Made by a program: the position numbers and the translations under genes. Below the pieces are notes generated by a model that worked only from the letters and a program-made list of their open reading frames with translations, ran no database searches and was not told the DNA's origin. A stretch of DNA of 40,286 bases from Paecilomyces variotii (lineage: Eukaryota), in NCBI GenBank assembly GCA_004022145.1, contig RCNU01000018.1. The stretch is one strand, 5' to 3'. This document shows, piece by piece, positions 10,206 through 22,924 of the stretch; the stretch's first letter is position 1, and every line of letters starts with the position of its first letter.

Positions 10206-11931
10206 TCAGTCGTTCACTATGTCGTCCAGAGTCATCCTTCTGCGTTTCGCAGGAGGACTAGCATCGCCCGTATCACCACTTCCGCCTGTTCTTCTCAACT
10301 GTTCAGCACTTGCCCTTGGTGGTGACATCTGCGACGGATACTGTTGTGCAGGAACAGCCGACCCTGCAGGCTGCCGGATGGCACGCTCGGGGTGACTGGC
10401 GCCCGCGATGGGCTGGTAAGATTGAGAGTGCCTCGCCATTGGTTCCATCACTTCAAGAGAACGCGGCTGAATGTGTTGTTCTTGCTGCTGTTCAGGCCAC
10501 GGCCTGGATGACCAAGGCGTAGGATAAGAATGACTTCTTCGAGGGTCTGGCCCTAGTTGTCCATAGTGCCTGCCTGGGGACGGAAGAATAGGAGGTAAAC
10601 GGAGTCCAGGCTCGACGTGTTGACCGCGGAATTCCGTGAGAGCCGATGGTTCACTCACGAGCGGCCGCGGTGGCGTTCGAGGACGCTCATAATATGGTGA
10701 GATCGGAGGATAAGCTTGTGGATATTGCCGCGGTGACGAAGCTGGTAGCAGTGGATGGCTGAATGACGACGAAAGCACTTGTCCTCCTACTCTTCCTGGG
10801 CTCGGTCTACCACCCACTGCTGAACCCGCAGGCCCCGCAGAATGCACGAAGGGAGATTGCATTGCTACCGAGTGCTGGGACGATCCGGCAGATACCGGTC
10901 TCTGGCTGAAACCTTGTGGTAATGAAGGCGATGTAATGAGCCTCTGAGGTGAAGGATATACCGAAGGCGGCCATCTCTGTGCTGGAGTGCTCGCGGCTCC
11001 TAACCCACTACCTCCCATTCGGTTCCCTCCTAAATCGCCCGCTTGGGGAAGTTGTAGGTCGGTGATCGGGCGGATCTCGCGAGAAGAAGTCCTTCTGTGG
11101 AAATGCGCTCGATTCGAGGGGGAGAAACGCGAGATGTCTCGTGACGCTGACGGGTCTTCAGACGAGGTCGCGTAAGGTCGGACAGGAGTCTCCTCTGCTT
11201 TCAAAGGTGGTCGTCCTCTCTTTTTATGGGTGACATCCACACAACTGGCCTGGCGTCAACTGTCAACATGCGACTCCACACTGAAACGGCAAATCCCGCT
11301 GTGCAACGAAGAAGAATCAGAACAGGATACTTACGGCCTTACCTGCTACAACGCAACGACGGCACGGGCGTGCTGAATCACAGCCCAGATGCTTTCTCTT
11401 GCAGTTCACACACGCAGAAGCTACATGGGCCTTTGTACGTCTCGTAGTCCTCGGGGGAAGAGGCCTGTTTTTGCCTGTCGAGGGAAGGCCTGCTGCTGCT
11501 GCGTACGCTGTCTCGGCTGAAGCTGAACTCTCACCAACAAATGGTGTTGTTTGTGATGCAAGTAGCGGGTCGTGAATCATGTCACGTCGTTCTGTAAACG
11601 CTCCCTGCTGCTGTCCATGCTGGAGACGTCGCCCCTCTGGCTCCCCGATCACAGGAGCACTAGGCGGTGGAATCGACCTAGAGACTTGGTTCGTAGTAGG
11701 TACGTTGGACTCTGACTGTCTCTGGTCTTGACCTCCTCCGGATGATTCGGACGGATTGTCTGCGAGAGGAGAGCCAGACATAGGGGGGGAAGGATAAGGA
11801 GCCCGGATGGACCCGCAGGCGTTGTTTGACCAGCTCAGGTTCAAAGACAACCGCCCCGGGTCGACGTTCAAACCGCTTTCTTGGAACCTTCTCTCAGGAA
11901 AGGACAAATGGGGGAGAAGTAGAGATTGCAT
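10206..11931 (-). CDS. sclB: Zn(II)2Cys6 transcription factor, probable SclB ortholog (~546 aa; exons 11931-11335 and 11249-10206)
   Basis: An 85-nt intron (GTAAGT...CAG, 11334-11250) joins two ORFs in frame. This gives CVNCKRKHLGCDSARPCRRCVVAGKAASC (CX2CX6CX5CX2CX8C) followed by VDVTHKKRGRPPL, and a basic C-terminus PPAKRRRMTLDDIVND. The C6 spacing, size and proximity to dbp10 match my recollection of A. nidulans SclB. The symbol is inferred, not searched. Confidence 0.85.
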
Positions 11932-11971
11932 GAGGCAAAAGTTCCGAGCTGTTGCTTGCGGAGCTTATGTT

Positions 11972-13334
11972 AGAATGGGTTCAAAAAATAAACAACAATC
12001 TCCGTGAGGTTCTTCAGAGAGGTGGCACGGTGGACAGCATGGCCGGTGACGTGCAGGCACTTAAACGTAGGGCTGCTGTATATGAATGGAGGCCACCAGA
12101 TGATTGACCGTGCCGTGTCGATCTCAACTATCGGATTAATTAGGCACTTGACGAGTAAAAGCTTCTAGATGTCAGTCTAAGACGTATTGTGGCGGGAGGG
12201 GCAATCACGATTGAGGCACATCGATCAACAGCCGGACTGACATAGCCCAGGCGCCTTTTGCTCGACGGCGTGATGACCTTCCTCCACCGAAGGACCGGGG
12301 CAAGGAGACCAGGGGAGTGGAAGGATGGTGCAGAGATCTCCAGCGTTAGGGGATAAGTTACTACTTCATACCTATTTGGGCAATGACTCTTGTTTTTTTA
12401 TTTCTCAATGGCTGTCGACAATGCCTCGAGGAGGTAAAGCGCAAGGAATGACACGTCGAACGGTTCTGTCAAAGAGAGGCCCAGAACCGGGGTATGACGA
12501 TATTCTACTTCCGAATTGAGAGTAAAGGGATAAAGCGAGAAGTTGGAAGAAGAGAAAAAGGAAGAATCACAACAAAGAAAGCCGGGTACTAGTTTCCCCA
12601 GAGAGGATCTGGACCTAAAGCTTCGAGCAGGTCGATAATACGACGGTGTGAGAATGGTCCCGCTGTCTTCTCTTCGAGACCTTAAGACATAATTTGTCTT
12701 GGGAGAAACGAGAGATATTACCCTGACCTCCGCCTGCAGGTCATGTCAAGGCTCGGGACCTTCAGCGGAACTATTCCTTAGTGTCTAGAACCAGATGAGG
12801 GGGGATGGAATGGTATAGTGGTCAGTGCAGAGTGGGCTATGAAGATAGACTCTGGCTTCCGTGATCTCAATAGTCGTGGCAGATCTAATACTAAATTATT
12901 CCCGGCATTCAATTGAATTTAACGTGATAATGGCCCGAACACAATGGACTGGCTCAATAGAGCTCACAGCACACGGACGGTTCCATAAAGCTCTTGGGTG
13001 GCGCCGATTCTTGCTTTTTTTTTCCCTTCCGGAAGTCCCACTGGAGCCGGCGCCGTGGCTTGCATTAGATGGACGATTAGGAATGGGTGCCGCTGTCAGT
13101 GACACCGACGAGAATGGGTTACCAAATTCTGGGAGGGGGAGGGGAGGTTGGACACCGAAAGGTGATGTCGCCTGTGGAGTTGTCGATTCGGCGACAGCAG
13201 AAAAGCTGAGTCGACACCAATCAAAAAACCGCGACAGGAAAAGGCAGAGACGAACGACAAGATCGACGTCGGTGCCCGTCTGGTGTGTCCAATCTCAATA
13301 GTTCACCTCGGCAAGGATGAGTAGCATGCATTCC
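11972..13334 (-). promoter_or_regulatory. Cluster of AbaA/TEA-type CATTCY motifs upstream of the C6 factor
   Basis: On the + strand, RGAATG occurs at 11972, 12445, 12651, 12807, 13080 and 13111, and CATTCC at 13329. Confidence 0.4.
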
Positions 13335-15891
13335 GTCCCAGTTCGACAACGCTACGGTCCGTTGGCCGGAAGAAAGGACACAGGGAGTTGTCAATCCAAG
13401 CGTGCCAGCAGTGAGGGACTCTGGAGAGGAGCACAGAAGAATTCCCGCGCGGAGAGTGGCCTTCTCGAGGCTGATTGTGGAGTTCCAGAAACCAGCTCTG
13501 GGGTTCATGGAGTCTGTCCATTATTATTGTCTCTGTCTCTGTACTCTTCCGATCTCTCGTTCCGGGGAGGCGCCTATAGAGTATGCAGCGACAGCTAAGA
13601 GCAAATAAGAAGCGTTAACGAGGAATTTCCGACTCTCCACACCGGTTCCCTGAAGTTCACGACTCGAACACATGCTTAAAGCCAGGGACCCGTTCCCAGT
13701 AATAGGTACCTGGCCAAGGACCTAGTCTAGTCCGCTTCGCGCGTGTTGGAATTGTTTTCACTTGACGTATCTAGGTAGGGATAGCTCCGTTGTTGTCCAT
13801 CCTGTGCATACATGAGCCTTGGAGAGCAATTAGTCTAATTCTCTGAGCTCTGTCATTTTACCTATACATATGGCAGGAGACCTTTGAGTAACAAAGTGAA
13901 TAGTATATTGCATTTTTTTTTCTTTCTTTTGTCATTTGCGAGCTTGTTCAACGATGCTCCGTCCAATAGTTCTGGGGCGCCAGGTTCGAGCAAGGCGCGT
14001 GGACCAACTGTCAACAACAATGGCAGTTCAACTGGCCAGATGAGCATAAGTATTTTCCCGCAGTGGATCAGTGGTCCGCCGTCTCCGGGTCTTCAAGCCG
14101 CAACGCCCCGCCGGTAAATAGCGGATATAGCTGATGAGCTTGGTGGCCCACTCACAGTAGATGGCGAGAGATACCGAGTCTGCCAGGCACCAAGTCCAGA
14201 AACTTAACTAGCAAAGCTCGTTCTAGGAAATGATCCACGGTCCTCCGATGCGGTTATGTTGTGGACATCGCGCGGATTAACTGGACACTAGTAGCGATAT
14301 ATGATGCTAACGGAGAGCAGACTCTACGGAGATCCAGGGACGCCGAAGAGTACAGAAGGAGCTGTTCGGCTGGTAGTGCCGTAGATGAAGGACGGTCAAG
14401 GGATCTGGTAATTTGGCTCGTACACGCATTCCTTTTGGAGCCGATTAGCATCGAGTAGATCCGTATGACATCGAGTGTCCAAGGATCTGGTCGAAAACAT
14501 GTCAGTAGTGCTGGACCAGCTCTCGGGCCGGCGAAGGAGTCTACTGCCCGGGGAAGATGCTGGTATGATGTTGTCTGAGTTTATCTGGAAACCATCCAAC
14601 GTCTCAATCAATCAGTGTCCAGGATTTATGCGCGGAATCCATCAAACAATCCACCTAGGGTTAAATCGTGCCTTTCCCGCGGACGCCTCGGCGGACAGTT
14701 TGTATGCAAGACCCCCCACTGTCTCGTCGTTCTCCTACCCGCCTGTGTGGAATGCGCCGTTTTGTTCGGGGGTCCCCAACATTATTGAAGGAGGGTTCAT
14801 GAACATTGAAGGCACACTGCAGCGGCTGCACGGTCCATCTCCCTGGCCCTAGCACCCTTCAGCTATATGACTTTTGAAGAATAGGTAGATCGCATGGTCA
14901 TCCTACGGAACGTTTCTCGTTTCCTTCTCGAACGATCCCCTGAGCAATTGCTACGAGCCGTGGTCTGCACAGACCGTACGCGGAAGAAAAGGAGTGGAAC
15001 CGAAACAGACGTGCTCGATGGATAACGCCCGGGGCAAGCTCCAGGGAGCGACCGATAGCTCTGAGCAGTTCGCCCAGCTTAGTTAATAGTGGGATGTGCC
15101 AGCACGATCTGTTGTTCCGTAGTGGACGGGCGGAAGTCGAAATGGATCAATAGTTCGACAGCCACGAGCCTGAACGGGTAACGTCTGTTGCTAGTGTGAC
15201 GTCCCCGATTCCGCATAATTAGACCTGGACGCTCGCAGCGTTTGCGGTCCAGTGCGTTGGCGAAACTCCGCTGTCGGTCATGACAGCATTCCTGCAGAGT
15301 TCTGAGCATGCTTTGCTCGTCATAAGGTATTCTTGTGATCGAGAAACGAGCGGATACACCTGGAGGACAATTGATAACCGATCATCGGATCACCAGAGCT
15401 ACGGGACAGAGCGGCCAGGAGACAGGCCAGGTTGTCGAGGATTTCCTGCCTACCGATCATTTCCTCGACGGGATATCCAGAGCTCTGAGCTGTAGATAGT
15501 AGTCGGCTGGTTCTGGCTAGTTCCTGAGCATTACTAGCACCGGTGATCGCTCTGTGGGTGACGGGTCTGCGAACCAATGGTGCGGAGCATGGCGAAGGAG
15601 AGTCAGGGACTAGTAGTTCCTCGATCAGGACACCTCAAGATTCTTCCATGTTGGTAGTTTTGTGCGGCTCTCAGAGTTAGGAGAAGCGACAGACAGCTTG
15701 ATGTGAAGATATCGAAGCGAGTGGCGGTTTTCCATGGATTAGTGTTTAGCGCACTAGTGATCTGCGTCGAGGCCACGCGGGAAATTCGAAATCTCCCGTG
15801 GATCATCCAGTATTGACGGGTTCAACCGATTTTTGGGTCCTTTCTCCAAGCGGATAGACTATTGCTGTCGTGACGGCTAGCTACGTCCAGA

Positions 15892-15925
15892 CATGGCCAG
15901 CGAGTAGGCATGGCCAGCGAGTAGG
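15892..15925. repeat. Perfect 17-bp tandem duplication (CATGGCCAGCGAGTAGG x2)
   Basis: Directly visible. Confidence 0.9.
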
Positions 15926-18900
15926 TTCATCTAGATCAGACATTATTACTTATTGCTCGATCCCACCACTACTGGTCTCCAGGATACGCAGACCTGGACG
16001 TAGACGCCTCTTTACCGCCAAAGCCGGTGTATTTTTCTTTCGCCCAGCGCCGTCGACTGCTCTATATCAGATTAGAGTATAGTGCTGTCCCCAAGGGTCG
16101 CTACCATCGGATTTGATTCACATTGCATGTAGATCCATCCCATGGCGAAACATATTAATCGAGGATCTTAAGAGCATGGATCTTTTAAGGCTGGAAATGC
16201 TTAAGTTAGTCCCTGCGGCTGGGTGTGTGCCGATAGGATGTTCTTCGCCAGCATGTCTGATTCTGGAAAAGGAGTTCCAAGGAACATCAGTCGCACTTGC
16301 ACCAAGACCAGGACCAAGCCCACATGGCTTGGGCCTTGGGAACGCCCGAACAGCCCTTTTCGAATACTACTGTCTTGTCCAGACTCCCAGGTAAAAAGGA
16401 TTTCGTCTTGCCCCTTTCCCCTGACCATTATCTTTCCGACTTGGCGAATGCAGCCAATACGTTCCAGCCTTCCAGGTTGCGCAGGGAACAGGGATGTTGT
16501 GTTATGTGTGCCAGCTGTTGCGGAGGAATAATAGTACTGCTAATATGATCGATCTTAAGCAACTTAAAGGTCCCATGGGACCTTCGGATCCGGTACACTA
16601 TGACTCCTGTACCGCGGTTCTTCTGTAGGGCCCACAGTTCATAGCATCCAGCACGAAGGGTAAACACTCACCACAGCATCGGATGCGGTAAGCTCTTCGT
16701 GCTACTTCTTCGTGTAGAATTTTTTTATTATTATTTTCACAGTCAATGTGACTGAATATGCAGGAGTCGTCCAGTAATATGGCGATGAACAGTCAAGGAG
16801 TTAGCCTCAGGATAAGTCAGCCGTTTTTGGGCTCATTTATTCGGGAAGCACAGCGATCTATCGCGTTGTCTGGACGAACTAGTTGCAGGGGTCCATGATC
16901 TTGACCGCGTTCCGAGCGCGGCATTATGTTGATCCGCGTATGAGATGAGATGGTCAGTGACTCGGTGTGATCCTTCGATGCTATACAGGGCGATGACCGT
17001 GCCAGGAAAGTAGCAAGCACAGCAGATTATTTGACGTTCTCGCTGCGAGGGAATTGATTTGCTTCCGTTGCGCTGATCCGGTTTGCGCCTCAGCCTCAGA
17101 TGATGAAAAATGGTAGGGTACACGGGACAAGTGGTGAGATCCTGTGAGCATTGCGCCAACGACAATCGGATAGATAGATAGCTAGAGCTTCTCCGGCTAC
17201 GACGGACGATGCATGAGAGCTTGTCCCAGCATCGGGGACCGGCAGCTGCCCAAAGCTGGAGGAACCCAGAGTATCCTCGGGAAAAACGGTCAGCTCATCG
17301 AAGAGACCACTCGGGTTCTTGGGTCGAACGGGTCACGAAGCGGTGTCTCGTTGGTCCTTCTACGGTCGAAAGGGAGAGAGATCCTGGGAGCGATAATCAG
17401 GGCCCGCACTTCCTGGCTGTCAATCCTCCGCGTCGAGTGACGAGTGGGCCGTTGTCGAGGCAAGCTACAGGACAATCCCTGTGCTGGTGATCATCCACAG
17501 CTTAAAACGGCTGGCGAACATGAAGCATATCGGCAACTGGCTGTCTTGGCTGGAGAAAGACGCGGTGAATAATATGGCCAAGGGCTGTGATCCCCGGGCT
17601 GAAGCCCGTGCGACGGAGATCCAACAAGGGGCGCCCTTAGTCTAGCGGCCATGGAGAGAGGAGAGTTCATCGACATCAGATGGACCACGCCTCGAATCCA
17701 TGGCTGCCATGACGGAATTCCGTAGGTGAAGCGGACAACGGGCGACAAACAGAACGTGAGAGATTATTATTCGGTGAGATGATCTATCTAGATAGATAGA
17801 TTATTTGCCCTCCCGCCATCTAGTATTGACCGACGAGCTGGGTCTGACTATTGAACCCTATTGCCGGCTCTATCGATCGCCAGCACCTCACCGTCCCACT
17901 TGATAGAGCGTCAAGACTTAAATGGAAAATGCGCGCGCGGAGCGGCTTCGAGTTCGAGGCCCTGAAAATTGAGAACGTTGGAACTTGGAAATCTTCTCCA
18001 GAGCATCCTTTGGCAGACGCACAGACGTGACGCTCGAGCACTGTCCGCGATCGTCCTGCACGGGTGGAGTTGACGATCTACGCGCTTTGACGTTGGCTTT
18101 TCCCTAGTGAGCAGGTTAGCAGTCAATGGTCAGTCTAGTAGTCTATACATCGATTAGATAGATGGCAAAGACCTCACTTTCTGTTGTCCTCCCTACGGGA
18201 CGGACCGTGGAGGGGGCTGGAGGAGGATTGGACAAGATTTGGGATGGATTTACCTAGCGGATGGATGATCAACCTTTCCTCCCCCCACGTATCCCGAAGA
18301 ATACCCCCTATGGCCATCACTAGTATTAATTCTCCCCAGGCTAGCTTCCTCACCAATTGTCGTGTGACGGGCACAAGTGATGCGGATTTTCTCTCATCAT
18401 CTCTTATGGTACGCTGCTGGATATAACAGCTCCAGTAAAAAAAACTCCTATTTTACCCTTGTTGGTTGAAAGAATATTCCGCATCTGACACGGATCGCGT
18501 CCGCCTTCCCCCCTCGTCACATTGCAGCGCCTAAGATCCCAATAGTGAGGCTGGGATTCTCCAGACCTTGTATCGTATCGTCTGTGAGCAAAGAAAGCTC
18601 CTATGTGATCCTCTTGCTGGAAATGGAAAGAGAGGACAAAGTTCAAGAAGGGACCCTGGCGTCGATCATTCCATCCCGTCCTTTTCTAATTGGTATGCAT
18701 GTATGTATGTATGTATTATGTACGTGCCGCAGTCATGTATTGGCTGGTGCATGTGCATAGAGTCATGGACAGGCCAAGTAAGGGAAACATGACAGAGCGA
18801 AAGGCAGCTAGTATCGCGCTCTTGACGGTGGTAGGTTGATTATATTCCAAATCAGACTCATGCAAATGCACGAATGAGAGCATGACGATAGCATATCGTC

Positions 18901-19627
18901 CAGCGGAAAAGAGATCCTAAATCTTGTATGTTTAATCTTTTTGCTCTATGCATACATACATTACACATATATTGTACATATACATCATGTACATGTACAT
19001 GTGATGCTGGCGCCAACTCCCCGCGACCAAGTACGAATTCTCTCATATGTACAGTACATGTACCTCTACCTCTACCTGTAACTATCTGCACGTACTTCAA
19101 ACTATCCTGGTTTCTGTGATCTTCCCGCTGGGTCCACTTCGCGTCCAAATTGTTTCTCTTAGTTGTGCAACTTGTGCATAAAGATGGAGCTTTCGGGAGC
19201 CTCACGATAATATTCTAGTCACGGGTCCATGACCGCATATCGCATTGCCTGTCCCTGTGGGGGAGAATGACGTAGAGTAGGAGAGCAATCGGAAAAACTG
19301 CAAAAAGCAGAGGTTGGAACGTCTTCCTGTCCGCTAAGTAGTTCAGCATCCGGAAGGATTATGTCTAGAGCGCGTAGGAGAATAATTGGTCATATTGCTG
19401 TAGACTTGGGTGGTATTTGGGTCTTATGTGTGTTTTATATCAGTTTCCCTTCACCAAATTACTGCACTACAGGATTCCATGGTAAAGGTGCTTGACGGAT
19501 ATATTTATATACAAGATACTATACGAGATGATACCTTGATGAGATGAAGTAAGGGTATCAGAGCAATGCAAGAATCTATCAACATACACCCACAACATTT
19601 TCCCATCACAGTAATTTAATAAAGACA

Positions 19628-22429
19628 CTAGAACTTCTTCTTTTTCGATGGCCGGGCGTTCTTCTCTCGTCTCTTTTCCTTCAGCTTTCTTGCCTTCCGG
19701 ATGTCTTCGTTGGTGCGCAACTCATTCTTCGCCCGATGCCCAGCTCCGCCAGGAGCGGCGTTCAGCCTCTCCTTGGCTGCCTCAAGCTTCTTCTTTTTCT
19801 TCTCGTAGTCACCACGCAGAGGGTCGGCCGCCTTGGGAGCCTGCTCCTTGCGGTGTCTATATCTCTTTCCTCCGGCAGCATTGAGATCAGCACCCATACC
19901 GGGAGCTTCGGCCTCACCAACCCTAGGCAAACGGCCGATCCGTTTGCCCTTCTTCCAGGCGTCGAATCGTCCACTTCTGAAGGTAGCTGCAATCTTGGTT
20001 CCACTCTCACCGCGGACAAGACGTGTGCCTTTAGAACCATCTTCGTCATTGCGACGAGAGACGTACTTCTTGTGTCGCTTGTCCCAGCGCATGCCAGAAC
20101 GTGGCTCCGCAGAACCTGCAGCTCCTTCGTCTCCTGTAAGGTCCATGGTGACGGTGCGAGAAGCTTGGACGAAATTCGAGTTTGTTCCGGAATGGACACC
20201 GTAGGCTCGGTCTTCAGCAAGTGAATGATTGGCAGGGGTGTAAGACATGAAGTACTCCGGATTCTGGAAGGACGCTGCAGAGACGTTTGTTTTCGATTTA
20301 TCTTTCCCAGAGGCGTTGTAGGACGAAAACGTAACCTCGAGCTCAGAATCAGATGCCAGCGACATGTTATCGGGGACCTCTCCAGTAGCTTCGTCATCCT
20401 CGTCAGAAAAGCCGTTATCGCCATCGTCTTTCTCAGTCGAATCAGTCTTCTGTAGCTGAGTAGATGAGCCTTCCAAGAACTCAGAACGGCCTTCGGCGCG
20501 ATTCTTTTTCTTCTTGTCAAGGGTTGTCCGGATCCTCTTCATCATATCAGCAGATTCATCATCTACCTTCTTGCCAGCACGTCTGCCGCCAATTTCGAAA
20601 ATAGTCTCCGATGGTCGGTAGCCGCCAACTCTGGCGAGCATCTTCTCTCTTTCAATCTCCATCTGGCTCGCCTCGTCGTTGAACAACGGATGGAGAGCCA
20701 TCCAATTGTCCGAACCTACCACCTCCTTGGCTCTTTTCGCACTTTCAGCGGAAGCAGAGTTCCTGGTGCGCATGTAGAGCTTCTCTCCCTTAGCAGCAAC
20801 ACCACGTTGAGACTCAATATCCACATTTTCGTCGACCAATTTCGTCACCCATTCACAGCACCGTGCGAGAATGTCTCTGGGTAGGCTGCCAACAACAACA
20901 TCATCGGCAAAGTTGACCTGATCACCGTATTGACGACCCAAGACGAGTCTCCTTCCAAGAAAGAGCTGAAGGTCAAGCAGATACGGGGCGTCAGAGTCCC
21001 GAACAAGACTATAACTCCATCCTTTCTGACCGGCTCGAGCAGTTCGACCAACACGGTGAACGAAGATCTTTGGCTGAGATGGGAAGTCATAGTTGATGAC
21101 GTTTGCAAGAACAGGGATATCGATACCTCTGGCAGCGACATCTGTGACGACTAGGATGTTCGTGATGCCAGTGCGGAAGTTCTGCACCTGAATCTTACGG
21201 GCAGTCTGATCCAGAGAACCGTACGCATATGACACTGCCCATCCTGTCTCACGGAGCAGGGAGGTGAGGTAATCGACGTGATGCTTGGTAGCCGCAAAAA
21301 TGATTGTAGAATGCTTAGTAGGCGATTCATTATGTTTGACGGTCTTTTCCAGCTCAATTCGCTTTCTCTTCTTGGGGTTCTTCTTTGCATCTGCAGCCTG
21401 TTCACTCAACCGCTGAGAAGTCTCCGTAGGGCCCGTGGGGATCTTGATAACTTCCTGTAGAATGTGGATCAGAGCGCCTTCCTTCTCTGCAGACTTGACT
21501 GAGAAAAAAGCATTCTGAAGGTCAGGCGATATCTTGCTCTCAGCATCAAGACGGATCAGCGTGGGCTCCTGCAGACCGGCGCGGGCAAATTCTACAAGGG
21601 ACTTCGGAAGCGTAGCAGAGAACAGCAGCGTCTGGCGAGTGGGTGGCAGTCCGTGCAAGATTTCCGTCAATTGAGCGGCGAAACCCATTTCAAACAGCCT
21701 ATCGGCTTCATCAAACACGACATATCGGATACTCGAGAGATCCAAATTCATCTCGACCTTCAAATGCAAGAATCGACCCGGGGTAGCAATGACGATATCG
21801 GGGTTCCCAGCCATGAAACCGAATTGTTCCTCCAAGCTGTCTCCACCAACCAAAAGCACCGACTTGAGATCTGTGCCACGTCCAAGCTCCTTAACAACCT
21901 TCAAAGTCTGCAACGCCAGTTCTCGGGAGGGTGATAGGATTAACCCTCTGGCACCGATCTTGGTGCTGTGACTCTTCAACTTCTCAATCATGGGAATCAC
22001 GAACGCGGCCGTTTTACCGGAACCTGTTCTCGCCATTCCAACGACATCTTGGTCGTCCAAAATCACGGGGATCGTTTTGCGCTGAATGGGTGTGGGCACG
22101 GAGAATCCTTTACGAGTAATCGCCTTCAAGAGATGAGCATTCAAACCCATGGCCTGGAAGCCACCTCCTTTCTTGACCGTCCTGCCCTTGAGATTCGATG
22201 ACTTTCGATTTGCTGACGCCTGATGCGCAGCGATAAAGGCCTCGTCATCTTCATCGTCGTCCTCAAGACCGGCTCCGCTGAGAAGGTCAAGGTTCTGGAT
22301 TGGCTTGGCTTTCTTCCGTTCGTTTTTCTCCAGGCTGGTTTCCCAGTCCAAATCGTCTCCCTGGAAGAGGGCCTTGGAGATGTCGAACTCATTCTCCGAC
22401 ATGGCCGGAGACGCTGCGCGGTGAGGCAT
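19628..22429 (-). CDS. dbp10: ATP-dependent DEAD-box RNA helicase Dbp10 (DDX54), ~933 aa, intronless
   Basis: Motifs [52 protein letters not shown] and [10 protein letters not shown] are present, plus the DBP10 C-terminal WDKRHKKYV...GESG region. The first ATG is at 22429 (MPHRAASP); the track start at 22447 is a TTG. Confidence 0.97.
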   Translation of the reverse strand: MPHRAASPAMSENEFDISKALFQGDDLDWETSLEKNERKKAKPIQNLDLLSGAGLEDDDEDDEAFIAAHQASANRKSSNLKGRTVKKGGGFQAMGLNAHLLKAITRKGFSVPTPIQRKTIPVILDDQDVVGMARTGSGKTAAFVIPMIEKLKSHSTKIGARGLILSPSRELALQTLKVVKELGRGTDLKSVLLVGGDSLEEQFGFMAGNPDIVIATPGRFLHLKVEMNLDLSSIRYVVFDEADRLFEMGFAAQLTEILHGLPPTRQTLLFSATLPKSLVEFARAGLQEPTLIRLDAESKISPDLQNAFFSVKSAEKEGALIHILQEVIKIPTGPTETSQRLSEQAADAKKNPKKRKRIELEKTVKHNESPTKHSTIIFAATKHHVDYLTSLLRETGWAVSYAYGSLDQTARKIQVQNFRTGITNILVVTDVAARGIDIPVLANVINYDFPSQPKIFVHRVGRTARAGQKGWSYSLVRDSDAPYLLDLQLFLGRRLVLGRQYGDQVNFADDVVVGSLPRDILARCCEWVTKLVDENVDIESQRGVAAKGEKLYMRTRNSASAESAKRAKEVVGSDNWMALHPLFNDEASQMEIEREKMLARVGGYRPSETIFEIGGRRAGKKVDDESADMMKRIRTTLDKKKKNRAEGRSEFLEGSSTQLQKTDSTEKDDGDNGFSDEDDEATGEVPDNMSLASDSELEVTFSSYNASGKDKSKTNVSAASFQNPEYFMSYTPANHSLAEDRAYGVHSGTNSNFVQASRTVTMDLTGDEGAAGSAEPRSGMRWDKRHKKYVSRRNDEDGSKGTRLVRGESGTKIAATFRSGRFDAWKKGKRIGRLPRVGEAEAPGMGADLNAAGGKRYRHRKEQAPKAADPLRGDYEKKKKKLEAAKERLNAAPGGAGHRAKNELRTNEDIRKARKLKEKRREKNARPSKKKKF

Positions 22430-22803
22430 CGTGGCTGTTTTGATCAAGTTCGTCGCTGCAGTTGATTGTAAATTTGTCCGCGGGCGGAAATTTGCGCGGA
22501 GATTTCAAGGCGTAATCCTACACCATGCCGTTCAGGCGTAGAACGTCAATGGGAGCTCAAAAAAAGGATAAGTTTCCGAGAGAGACTCGGAGTAGGAATT
22601 ATATCTCTTTTGGGCAAGAAAAGCTGATCTTAGCAATGCTGAGACCGCGCATGATGGTATTACTTATCCTCAATCTCAGATCCAGAGAATCAAAAAAAGT
22701 TCCCAAGGCGGTGAGGGGCTTCATTACCAAATACGGCTAGATCGATCCTGCTGCTCCAGATCGAAGTTCGCAAGCAAACACAGCAAACTCACGAGACCCC
22801 GCG

Positions 22804-22814
22804 ACGCGCCGCGT
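22804..22814. promoter_or_regulatory. MCB-like ACGCG/CGCGT pair in the dbp10-rfa2 divergent promoter
   Basis: ACGCGCCGCGT lies ~110 bp upstream of the rfa2 ATG. RPA genes are classic MBF/MCB targets in yeasts. Confidence 0.4.
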
Positions 22815-22924
22815 CCAACACGAACTCGCCAGAAATGGTCATATGGAAAAAGGCAGACAACAAAACGATACATATATTCACTTGGGTGGCCTCCCGTATT
22901 TCTATCATATAACTAAAAAAAAAC

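Noticed and set aside
14656..14664. TAACCCTAG on the minus strand as a possible telomerase RNA template in the long intergenic region
   Set aside because: It is only an 8-nt match to the telomere repeat, which is expected by chance. I could not identify a pseudoknot or CR4/5-like element.
18694..19062. TACA/TGTA-rich tracts including the palindrome CATGTACATGTACATG (18986-19001)
   Set aside because: Low-complexity simple repeats that are self-complementary by composition. A similar tract lies at ~6595-6650.
12325..19205. Short ORFs in the sclB-dbp10 interval (e.g. 12861-13301, 14475-14852)
   Set aside because: They overlap in several frames, many have non-ATG starts, and none shows protein-like motifs. 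Treated as chance ORFs.
19648..22465. Antisense and alternate-frame ORFs over dbp10 (also over the rfa2, MATE and PTH11-like genes)
   Set aside because: These are shadow ORFs caused by codon bias of the real genes.
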